Position numbers and translations under genes: made by a program
Shown: positions 55,880 to 64,000 of the stretch, piece by piece
Position numbering within the stretch: position 1 is the stretch's first letter
Layout of the letters: every line of letters starts with the position of its first letter
NCBI GenBank assembly: GCA_937124965.1
Contig: CAKZLB010000067.1
Location: 171,455 to 235,454 of the forward strand
Direction: 5' to 3'
Origin: an uncultured Bacteroidota bacterium
GTDB lineage: Bacteria; Bacteroidota; Bacteroidia; NS11-12g; UBA9320
DNA: 64,000 bases
Notes under the pieces: generated by a model
The model's database searches: none
Seen by the model: only the letters and a program-made list of their open reading frames with translations
Told to the model about the DNA's origin: nothing

Positions 55880-56324
55880 ATTATTTTAGAGTTATGAGGA
55901 TTAGACAGATTAGGAAAGCAATTTATTCCATAGTGATAGATTATTTTTGGTTTTAAGATTTGTAAGGAAATAAACTGAAATCGAATGAATATTTAATGAT
56001 TCATTTTTTAATTGATTACTACACTAGAAAACATGTTGTGCGCATAAATCTTAATACTGCACATGCCTTAACTCATTACACAGTTTGTTCTCGTTTAAAA
56101 GAATGTCAAGACTAGCCATGTTTATGGTGCTAGACGGCATTTGTACTTAATGTGAGATATTGAGAAAGGATTTTCAAACCATTTTTGATGATTCTATTAA
56201 TTTAAAATGATTTTATTTACGCGTGAAATTGGGTAAGTCCTGACTTCTGTTTGTTCATCATTTGAAAAACATATGTTAAACTTTTATTTTTGAACTTTAG
56301 CATAAAATTATCGCCGATTTAGAT

Positions 56325-57221
56325 ATGAAAAAAATATTTTTAGCTCTAATACTCTCCTTGGTTGTTGTACAGTTTTCACATGCTCAAGTAAGCGGATATC
56401 CAAACGTTCTAGAAGACAATTTATCAGAAAAACCTCTATGGTATAACATAAATATTCCTGTTACACTACCTGGTGCAATAGGGGTAAGTGGTCAAGCCCA
56501 GTATATCAAGCCAAATGGTATTTACGGTAGTATTGATGTTGGAATTTCATACGTTTTAAACTTATCTCAATCTCTTGTAGAAGAGAAAAATAGAAATGTT
56601 AAACCTATTGGTTCTGCTGAAATCGGATACGCTTTAAAGATTATGACCAGAAGTAACAAAAGAAGGCTTCTAACAGGCGAATACAGTTCTTCGGGTGATC
56701 AGTATAGTCAAAAAACATATAAAATTTCCGTTCCTCATCAAGTTTTATTTATTCCTGTAGCTGGCTTAAGTTATGACCCTGTTCCCGTTAAAGTTTCAAA
56801 TCCTGCAAACAAAACCGATGGTAATAAAGCAAGGTATAGTGTAGTTCTTCCATCAATAAATGTTGGCGTAAAGTTATTCGGAGTCAATCGTTTGACCACG
56901 GGCTTAAAAGACTCAAAAACGGGTAAAGTATATAAGAATAAGACGCAACAACTTGGTGGAATATATGGCGGAATTTCTCTACCAATGACAGACAATCTTG
57001 AAGTTCCAAATGGATATACATCTGTCCTTTCTTCTGAGAGTCCAACCTGGGAGATTTATGGTATTCTGCCAAGTTACTTAAATAGTTCTGGAACTTTATC
57101 CATTGGTATCAAGAGTGTTCCATATACAAGAAATAGCCTTTTAAAACCTGGAAGTAATACAGAAAGAGAGAGTTTGTCTGGGGGGTACCAGTTTTATTTT
57201 GGCTATCATATTTATCTTTAA
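56325..57221 (+). CDS. Hypothetical secreted protein
   Basis: It has the signal peptide MKKIFLALILSLVVVQFSHAQ. The 298 aa are beta-rich in composition. I recognise no motifs. Confidence 0.5.
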   Translation: MKKIFLALILSLVVVQFSHAQVSGYPNVLEDNLSEKPLWYNINIPVTLPGAIGVSGQAQYIKPNGIYGSIDVGISYVLNLSQSLVEEKNRNVKPIGSAEIGYALKIMTRSNKRRLLTGEYSSSGDQYSQKTYKISVPHQVLFIPVAGLSYDPVPVKVSNPANKTDGNKARYSVVLPSINVGVKLFGVNRLTTGLKDSKTGKVYKNKTQQLGGIYGGISLPMTDNLEVPNGYTSVLSSESPTWEIYGILPSYLNSSGTLSIGIKSVPYTRNSLLKPGSNTERESLSGGYQFYFGYHIYL

Positions 57222-57691
57222 TCTTTACTTAATTCGATTAAAGTTTTAACATCAAATTTTTGTTTGAATGCCCTTTGGTTATACCCAACACTTTAGGCTA
57301 ATTCGGAATTCTTATTATTTAAAATTAATAAGCTTTTAATTCAAAACACTCATAATTTAGGAGTTGGCTAAATAGCAATGAGATTGCAATAAACGAATAT
57401 GCTTAAGTCATCTGAAATTAATCTAATTCTTTCAACTAAATTTTAAACTTCGGATTTTAATTCGTTGCTCAATTTTTCATCATAGATTTTCAAACTCTTT
57501 TTATTTTCAGTGTGTTTGATTTCGAGCTAGATTGTCATTCTGCCATCTTTTTTCAATCGGTTATTGGTGTAGAAATCCGTTCAAATTGTTAAGTTCGGCC
57601 AATTTGTTTAAAACCGGATTGAATTGGTCAAAAATTACATTTAGTTTAGCTGAAGAGTGAATGTATGTTTAATTCAATCATCAGTTAAGCA

Positions 57692-57760
57692 CCAACCGTA
57701 TAGGTCTCGAACCTATAATCCAACTATGTCGTCGCGTGATTCCAATTTCACCAACGGTTG
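57692..57760 (-). ncRNA. tRNA-like element with canonical acceptor, D and T arms but no canonical anticodon arm (tRNA pseudogene or tRNA-like RNA)
   Basis: The minus strand reads CAACCGT TG GTGA AATTGGAA TCAC G CGACGACATAGTTGGATT ATAGG TTCGAGA CCTAT ACGGTTG G. It has a perfect 7-bp acceptor stem, a 4-bp D stem with A14/G18/G19/A21, U8, and a 5-bp T stem with a TTCGAGA loop. The central 18 nt, versus the usual 21-22, fold at best as a 4-bp stem with a 6-nt loop. Confidence 0.45.
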
Positions 57761-57789
57761 ATGCCTTGTCTTAAATATCTTCCGAAATA

Positions 57790-58605
57790 TTAAACTGCTA
57801 CATCAAACTCCCGTAAGGCAGAGTTTAAGCTCGTTTTTTTGTCGGTACTTTCTTTTCGTTGACCAATGATCAATGCAACTGGAACTTGATATTCACCAGC
57901 AGGAAATTTCTTGGTACGCATCCCAGGTATCACAACGGATCGTGGTGGTACAAAACCATGGTATTCTTTTGGCTCGGAGCCACTAACATCAATAATTTTT
58001 GTTGATGTTGTTAACGTGACACCAGCTCCAATAACTGCTTCTGAACCAATCCGTACTCCTTCAACAATGATAGATCGTGACCCGATAAAGCAATTATCTT
58101 CAATAATTACTGGGGCAGCTTGTACAGGTTCCAATACTCCACCTATTCCAACACCGCCTGACAAGTGCACGTTTTTTCCAATTTGAGCACAGCTTCCAAC
58201 AGTTGCCCATGTGTCAACCATTGTCCCTGAATCGACGTACGCTCCTATGTTGACGTAACTTGGCATTAAAACAACGCCAGGTGCAATGTAACTTCCATAT
58301 CTAGAAACGGCATGAGGAACTACACGTATTCCTAATTCCTTATAATTTTTCTTGAGCTCCATTTTGTCGTGAAACTCCATTGGTCCAGCGAGACTAATTT
58401 CCATTTTTTGAATAGGGAAGTATAATATCACAGCCTTTTTTACCCAGTCGTTTACTTTCCAACCATCTTCAGTCGGTTGGGCAGTTCGTAAATTTCCCGC
58501 ATCTAAATCTGCTATTACAGATCGTATTACTTCATGATTCGATGCGTCTTTTAAAAGTTCTCTATTTTCCCAAAGGGACTCAATTGTTGATATTCTATTA
58601 TCCAT
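57790..58605 (-). CDS. dapD: 2,3,4,5-tetrahydropyridine-2,6-dicarboxylate N-succinyltransferase
   Basis: 271 aa, with hexapeptide-repeat left-handed beta-helix segments ([36 protein letters not shown]...) and a DapD-type N-terminal domain. Confidence 0.9.
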   Translation of the reverse strand: MDNRISTIESLWENRELLKDASNHEVIRSVIADLDAGNLRTAQPTEDGWKVNDWVKKAVILYFPIQKMEISLAGPMEFHDKMELKKNYKELGIRVVPHAVSRYGSYIAPGVVLMPSYVNIGAYVDSGTMVDTWATVGSCAQIGKNVHLSGGVGIGGVLEPVQAAPVIIEDNCFIGSRSIIVEGVRIGSEAVIGAGVTLTTSTKIIDVSGSEPKEYHGFVPPRSVVIPGMRTKKFPAGEYQVPVALIIGQRKESTDKKTSLNSALREFDVAV

Positions 58606-59557
58606 TTTTTCGTGCTAAAACTTTTTGTGCAGCTTCTACGATGTTTACAGTGTCTAAACCGTACTTTTCTAGTAGTTGTTCAGGTTTACCACTTTCACCA
58701 AATTGATCATTTACCGCAACCATTTCAACAGGTGCAGGTGTGTTACGAGCTAAAAGTTGACAAATAGAATCGCCTAAACCGCCGTTCATTTGATGCTCTT
58801 CAGCAGTTACAACACATCTCGTTTTTGCTACAGACTCTAAAATTGCTTGGTCGTCTAACGGCTTTATGGTGTGAATGTTAATTATTTCAACAGATAGACC
58901 TGAAGCTTCTAGTTCGTTCGCGGCTTCCATCGCCTTCCAAACCATGTGTCCGGTAGCAAAAATGGATACATCGGTTCCATCTTGAATCTTCCACGCTTTA
59001 CCTATTTCAAATTTTTGGTTTGCGTCCGTAAACACAGGCCATTTTGGTCGACCAAAACGCAAATAAACGGGTCCTTCGTATTCGGCAATGGCTATGGTTG
59101 CAGCTTTGGTCTGATTGTAATCACATGGGTTGATAACAACCATGTTTGGAAGCATTTTCATTAATCCTAAATCTTCCAATATTTGATGCGTAGCACCGTC
59201 TTCACCAAGTGTTAAACCCGCATGTGAAGCGCAGATTTTAACGTTTTTATGTGAATAAGCAACAGACTGTCTAATTTGATCATATACACGGCCAGTTGAA
59301 AAATTTGCAAAAGTTCCTGTAAACGGAATTTTCCCTCCAGTGGCTAATCCTGCCGCCATGCCTATCATGTTTGCCTCGGCAATACCCGCTTGGAAGAATC
59401 GATTTGGAAACTCTTTTTCAAAAGCATCCATTTTTAACGAACCTGTTAAATCAGCGCACAATGCGACAACATTTGGGTTTCTTTTTCCTAATTCAAGAAG
59501 TCCAGCTCCAAATCCTGAGCGTGTATCCTTTTTTTCTAAAACTTCAGTCTTAACCAT
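58598..59557 (-). CDS. Transketolase, C-terminal (pyrimidine-binding) subunit
   Basis: Motifs: [39 protein letters not shown], and a C-terminal domain with TAEEH. Confidence 0.9.
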   Translation of the reverse strand: MVKTEVLEKKDTRSGFGAGLLELGKRNPNVVALCADLTGSLKMDAFEKEFPNRFFQAGIAEANMIGMAAGLATGGKIPFTGTFANFSTGRVYDQIRQSVAYSHKNVKICASHAGLTLGEDGATHQILEDLGLMKMLPNMVVINPCDYNQTKAATIAIAEYEGPVYLRFGRPKWPVFTDANQKFEIGKAWKIQDGTDVSIFATGHMVWKAMEAANELEASGLSVEIINIHTIKPLDDQAILESVAKTRCVVTAEEHQMNGGLGDSICQLLARNTPAPVEMVAVNDQFGESGKPEQLLEKYGLDTVNIVEAAQKVLARKNG

Positions 59558-59563
59558 TGATTC

Positions 59564-60922
59564 CTAGATTTTGATGTTTGTTACTTTTCCTGAGCTGATT
59601 GTGAATAGTTCTTCTTTTGAATTCACAATGTTATTGTCTTTTTTGCCGCGAGTTACAAGTGCGTAACTACCCGGTTGCATGGTAATATTTTGACTGTTAC
59701 CATCTAAGTTTATGTTGCAAACCCACACACGTTTATCTCCTTTAATTTGGTAAATGTCGCCCCAAAACAACGCTTTTGTAATAAGGTTGACACTTCCAGG
59801 TTGTGGTATTTGTAAGTTGGTTTTCTTTGATTGAACAACAGGTATGTTTGATTTGTAAATTCGAGGCAACGTTAAAATTTCAATATCGTATTTACCTGTG
59901 ATGTACGGCTCTTTAGTGTTAAATTCTTGGACGTGAATGATTTCACGAGTACCTGCTTTGTAAATGAGAGCTTGCAGTGATTTGTACCCAGACGCACCTG
60001 AAACATTTAATTCTAAATTTCCTTGAGGGGCATCAAAGCTTATTGTCGTGTGTTTTCCAGCTGGTACCGATACCTTCTTTTTTACTAATGGTGGAATCGT
60101 ATGAACAATTATGTCATAATCGTGAATAGGGTCTATATATAAGGTGTCAGGAACACCATGACGATTTAGCGTATGGACATAGTTCGATATAAACTTACCA
60201 GAATAGGAATCGTAGAACGACATGTTAACGTCGGTTTCTAGTGGTTTCTTTGCAGTGTTTAGTAAATTTACTGTAATGGTCGTATTGCTTAAGGCCTGGG
60301 ATACAACTACGTCTAATACGCGCTCAAACTCTTCCTCAGTGGTTGCCTCAAAGTATTTTCCAACACAATCGAATTGCTTTCGAAAATCTTCATTCAGCCC
60401 AACACCGATAATAAATGGCTTAAGCATCACTCCCTGCTTTTGAAGAGCCATGGATACTGCGCATGGGTCACCATTGCACTCTTCAATCCCGTCTGTGATT
60501 AAAATTATTATGTTTCTCGAAGATGAATTCGTCGGAAAATCGTAGGCTGCTTGTTGAAGAGAGTATGCAATTAGCGTAGTACCGCTTGGTTTAATTTGGT
60601 TTAAACGTTGTTTAATTTCTGTGTGATTGTCCTTTTTGAAGCCTACTTCTAGTTTTGTGTCTTTGCAGTTATAGTCAGAAGTTTTGTATTGATGTCCATA
60701 AACTCTGAGGGCGATTTCCAAATCGTCAATTTTTTCCAAACTATCAACCATTCGACCTAAAAGCTTTTTAGCAACCTTCATACGAGAATCGTCTCGACCC
60801 ATCTTATTGGTCATGCTAAAAGAAGCATCGAATAGAAAGAGAATTCGAGTTTGAGGTTCGGATTGACTAAATCCTTTTAAGCTCAGAAGCACAACGAAAC
60901 ACACTGAAAAAAATCGTTTCAT
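59564..60922 (-). CDS. Secreted von Willebrand factor type A (VWA) domain protein
   Basis: The ORF track start at 60952 is TTG; the ATG at 60922 opens the signal peptide MKRFFSVCFVVLLSLKGFSQ. It has the MIDAS motif LFLFDASFSM plus SGTTLIA and ILITDG. The C-terminal about 230 aa are beta-rich. Confidence 0.8.
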   Translation of the reverse strand: MKRFFSVCFVVLLSLKGFSQSEPQTRILFLFDASFSMTNKMGRDDSRMKVAKKLLGRMVDSLEKIDDLEIALRVYGHQYKTSDYNCKDTKLEVGFKKDNHTEIKQRLNQIKPSGTTLIAYSLQQAAYDFPTNSSSRNIIILITDGIEECNGDPCAVSMALQKQGVMLKPFIIGVGLNEDFRKQFDCVGKYFEATTEEEFERVLDVVVSQALSNTTITVNLLNTAKKPLETDVNMSFYDSYSGKFISNYVHTLNRHGVPDTLYIDPIHDYDIIVHTIPPLVKKKVSVPAGKHTTISFDAPQGNLELNVSGASGYKSLQALIYKAGTREIIHVQEFNTKEPYITGKYDIEILTLPRIYKSNIPVVQSKKTNLQIPQPGSVNLITKALFWGDIYQIKGDKRVWVCNINLDGNSQNITMQPGSYALVTRGKKDNNIVNSKEELFTISSGKVTNIKI

Positions 60923-60969
60923 AATATGTGTATAACCGTTGATGGTATTCAATTAGTATTCAATTACGT

Positions 60970-61815
60970 TTAATAGTCGCCCAAACTAGAGATATTTTGG
61001 CTAAGCGCTTCTTCTAGTTGCTCGTCGTTTGGTGGAATACCATGCCATTTATGTGAACCCATCATGAAATCAACACCGTTACCCATTTCGGTTGACATTA
61101 CGATTACAACTGGTTGCCCGTTTCCGGCATTTTCTTTTGCTGAAAGTAGGCCTTCTTGAACAGACGTAACATCGTTGCCATTCATTTCTAACACTTTCCA
61201 CCCAAATGCTTCGAACTTACTTCGCAACTCTGTGAAGCCCATTATATCTACAATAGACCCATCAATTTGTTGTTTGTTGAAATCTACAGTCGCAATTAGG
61301 TTGTCAACTTTGTTGTGTCCAGCATACATAATAGCTTCCCAGTTTTGGCCTTCTTGTAATTCGCCATCGCCCATTAAAACGTATACGTTTTGGTCGTCGT
61401 TATTTAGCTTTTTTGCTTGAGCCATTCCGATAGCGACAGACAATCCTTGTCCTAACGAACCAGAGGCAATACGAATACCTGGCAATCCTTCTTCTGTTGC
61501 TGGATGACCTTGAAGCCGCGAGTCTAACTTTCTAAAAGTTGCAAGTTCGTTCTTGTCGAAAAAGCCAGCATGAGCTAACGTCGAATAGAAAACAGGAGAA
61601 ATATGTCCGTTACTTAAAACAAAAACATCTTCGTTCTTGCCGTCCATATTAAATGGTACAGCACTGTAATTCATAATGTTCTGATACAAAACCGTAAAGT
61701 ATTCAGCGCAACCTAAAGAACCACCTGGGTGGCCAGATTGTACCGCATGTACCATACGTACTATGTCGCGTCTAACTTGTTTGACGATGTTGTTTAATTC
61801 TTCTGCAGTCTTCAA
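60970..61815 (-). CDS. Transketolase, N-terminal (thiamine diphosphate-binding) subunit
   Basis: TTG start. Motifs: SGHPGGSLG, LSNGH, GSLGQGLS and the GDGELQEGQNWEA (GDG-x-N) ThDP motif. Confidence 0.9.
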   Translation of the reverse strand: MKTAEELNNIVKQVRRDIVRMVHAVQSGHPGGSLGCAEYFTVLYQNIMNYSAVPFNMDGKNEDVFVLSNGHISPVFYSTLAHAGFFDKNELATFRKLDSRLQGHPATEEGLPGIRIASGSLGQGLSVAIGMAQAKKLNNDDQNVYVLMGDGELQEGQNWEAIMYAGHNKVDNLIATVDFNKQQIDGSIVDIMGFTELRSKFEAFGWKVLEMNGNDVTSVQEGLLSAKENAGNGQPVVIVMSTEMGNGVDFMMGSHKWHGIPPNDEQLEEALSQNISSLGDY

Positions 61816-61870
61816 AGTGGGAATATTTAATTGACAAAGGTGCTTATTAAATTGATTTATGTAAATATTT

Positions 61871-63439
61871 GTGGATACTTATTGGATAAGAAATTTGCGG
61901 AGTAGAACACTTGAGTTTAAGGTAGGACTTTCGGAGTCTGACAATGTGCTTCATATTGAGAAGCTTATAATGAAATCTGGAAGGATTAATTCATTGGATG
62001 GATGGCATTACAGGGTTATTAAAAAATCATTGGATGCACGAAAAGATCCAATTATGTATAGTTTTCGTGTTGTGTTGCAGGATGAGCCATTTATTGATGC
62101 GCCTGCTTTTGTAATGCCTCAAGAGCCATCGGAGACGTCTGCAATTGTTATTGGTTTTGGCCCAGCCGGCATGTTTGCTGCCTTACAGTTGTTGGCTAAT
62201 GGTATTAAGCCTATAGTTATAGAGCGAGGTAAACAAGTAAAAGATAGACGTAGGGATTTGGTTGATATTTTCCGAAAACAACATGTGCATGAAGATAGCA
62301 ACTATTGCTTTGGTGAAGGTGGTGCTGGAACGTTTTCTGACGGTAAGCTTTATACAAGAAGTAAAAAACGTGGAGAGATTCGTCAAGTTTTACAGTCGTT
62401 TGTTGAGCACGGTGCGGATTCCAAGATTTTGTATGAAGCGCATCCTCACATTGGAACGAATAAGTTACCAAAAATTGTAGCGAACATTCGTGAGAGCATT
62501 ATTGAATATGGAGGGGAGATCCGTTTTGAAACAAAATTGACGGGTTTCGTGATTGATAAAAATCGAATTGAAGGAGTGGTCACTGATAAGGGTACAATAA
62601 AAGCAAAGCATGTTATTTTGGCCACAGGGCATTCTGCACGTGATATATTTGAGTTGCTCGACAAACAAAACATTCGGATAGAAGCTAAGCCATTTGCTTT
62701 AGGGATTCGTATTGAGCATTCACAGAGGTTGATTGATAAAATTCAATACCGGTGCGCTGAGAGGGGAGAGTATTTGCCACCTGCCAGTTATTCGCTGGTT
62801 CATCAAGTTAAAGGTCGTGGTGTATTTTCTTTCTGCATGTGTCCTGGGGGAATTATTGCGCCAGCAATGACAAAGAGTGATGAAGTGGTCGTAAATGGAT
62901 GGTCTCCAAGTAAACGAAATGGAGAATTTGCGAATAGCGGTTTTGTGGTTGAGATTAAGCCAGAGGATTGGGTTAAGTTTGGAAAGGACAATCCATTGGC
63001 TGCCATGCGTTTTCAAGAGGAGGTAGAAAAAAAAGCGTTCGTTGCTGGAGGAAGCAATTTGAAAGCCCCTGCTCAGCGCGTCGGGGATTACGTAAATAGG
63101 AAATTTTCAAGCGTGCTAGAGGCAACATCGTATATACCTGGTGTTACGTCTGTAGATCTGAGAGATGTATTGCCTGAAGTTGTACATTCTCGCTTGGGTG
63201 GGGCAATTCAGCATTTTGGAAAGCGACTTAAAGGATATAATAGTAATAATGCAATGTTAGTGGGTGTGGAGTCTAGAACTTCTTCACCTGTGCGCATTCC
63301 AAGAGATCGCAATAGTCTTGAGCATCCAGATGTTGAAGGACTATATCCTTGTGGAGAAGGAGCGGGGTATGCTGGAGGTATTATGTCTGCTGCGTTAGAT
63401 GGCATTGCTTGTGCTCTTGCTGTATCGCAGATAAAGTGA
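61871..63439 (+). CDS. FAD-dependent oxidoreductase (COG2509-like uncharacterised dehydrogenase)
   Basis: GTG start. It has the dinucleotide fold VIGFGPAGMFAALQL, GEGGAGTFSDGKL, ATGHSARD and a C-terminal GEGAGYAGGI. Confidence 0.78.
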   Translation: MDTYWIRNLRSRTLEFKVGLSESDNVLHIEKLIMKSGRINSLDGWHYRVIKKSLDARKDPIMYSFRVVLQDEPFIDAPAFVMPQEPSETSAIVIGFGPAGMFAALQLLANGIKPIVIERGKQVKDRRRDLVDIFRKQHVHEDSNYCFGEGGAGTFSDGKLYTRSKKRGEIRQVLQSFVEHGADSKILYEAHPHIGTNKLPKIVANIRESIIEYGGEIRFETKLTGFVIDKNRIEGVVTDKGTIKAKHVILATGHSARDIFELLDKQNIRIEAKPFALGIRIEHSQRLIDKIQYRCAERGEYLPPASYSLVHQVKGRGVFSFCMCPGGIIAPAMTKSDEVVVNGWSPSKRNGEFANSGFVVEIKPEDWVKFGKDNPLAAMRFQEEVEKKAFVAGGSNLKAPAQRVGDYVNRKFSSVLEATSYIPGVTSVDLRDVLPEVVHSRLGGAIQHFGKRLKGYNSNNAMLVGVESRTSSPVRIPRDRNSLEHPDVEGLYPCGEGAGYAGGIMSAALDGIACALAVSQIK

Positions 63440-63538
63440 TAACCCTGATTGTTTGGTAATCTACCTAAAAATGCAAACAGAGCGTCGGAGTTCACACTGA
63501 CGTATTTGATGGATTAGACTCTAGTCTAAAATTCACCA

Positions 63539-63712
63539 CACGCCCTTAGTTTGAATTTATACCATCCACTTGTCGAGTTAAGATATAACGCCCGTTCGAG
63601 TTGGTGAGAACACCGACAAATTGTAATTGACTTGTTGATTCAAAATCCACGCGGCCCGAGTTGGTGTTTTCACCAACGAACAATCTTCGCCCAAGTCCAT
63701 GTTCTCACCGAC
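63539..63712 (+). repeat. Three degenerate 50-60-bp tandem units carrying GTTGGTG-N4-CACC(G/A)AC hairpins; same family as the 165-bp array
   Basis: The hairpins GTTGGTGAGAACACCGAC (63600-63617) and GTTGGTGTTTTCACCAAC (63660-63677) are exactly 60 bp apart, each preceded by CGA. ACGCCC/ACGCGG-led units start near 63539, 63590 and 63650. GTTCTCACCGACG (63691-63703) is identical to the last 13 nt of the 165-bp array (40645-40657). Confidence 0.7.
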
Positions 63713-64000
63713 GGTTTGTCGATACACATCCCTATTCTAAAATCGACCATTTAGTCTCAATATGAATAATAATTCCCATTATGAAACATATTTGAGGTGT
63801 TTGCTGTTTTTTGGGATGAAGTGATTTTGTGGCGAAAGCGTTGCTATTGCTAGGGTGTAGCGTTTTGTGTTGGATGTTTTGTTTGTTTTGGCACATCGTT
63901 TGGAACTCGTCTAGCACAAGTTCGCATGATTTATTTCTCCTTTGATAAAACGAATTATTCATTCGGACTTCTACTAAAAAATACTATTACGAATGAAAAG

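Noticed and set aside
57692-57760. A functional canonical tRNA gene
   Set aside because: There is no 5-bp anticodon stem or 7-nt loop. The central region is 3-4 nt too short, position 1 is C, and there is no CCA. I kept it only as a tRNA-like element or pseudogene.
63732-63962. 76-aa minus-strand ORF near the window end
   Set aside because: Its composition is Gln/Asn/Lys/His-rich and low-complexity, with no signal peptide or motif. It lies in a repeat-bearing AT-rich spacer, so there is not enough evidence to call a gene.

Overview
AT-rich chromosomal segment from a Bacteroidota (Flavobacteriia-like) genome. The phylum call rests on T9SS C-terminal sorting domains, a hybrid two-component system with an AraC output, TTTG/TAnnTTTG-type promoters and a split cox III. 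Most of the window is tightly packed core genome. It holds lepA (5' fragment), a sensory island with two class III adenylate cyclases, a propeller-only lipoprotein and a hybrid kinase, and an MBOAT O-acyltransferase pair. It also holds a tail-fibre-like S74 protein with a T9SS partner, a K+-dependent membrane pyrophosphatase, two L,D-transpeptidases, proline dehydrogenase, folC and an exbB-exbD-tonB module. Further genes are recA, a complete aa3-type cytochrome c oxidase and assembly operon, a YHYH-MORN-SCO lipoprotein operon, and a split transketolase-dapD operon. I found no rRNA, canonical tRNA, CRISPR array, transposase, integrase or recognisable defence system. The most unusual content is non-coding: a 165-bp tandem array of about 5.9 copies directly downstream of recA, whose copy-to-copy differences preserve hairpins only when read as + strand RNA. 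Related GTTGGTG-N4-CACCAAC hairpin elements occur at about 63.6 kb, and a tRNA-like element lacking a canonical anticodon arm lies just downstream of dapD. Other oddities are a Cys/Lys-rich about 85-aa tail on the pyrophosphatase, direct-repeat candidate operators, and a secreted VWA gene nested between the two transketolase halves. All alignments, folds and motif matches were done by eye. No database search was possible, so family names come from recognised motifs and novelty claims are untested.
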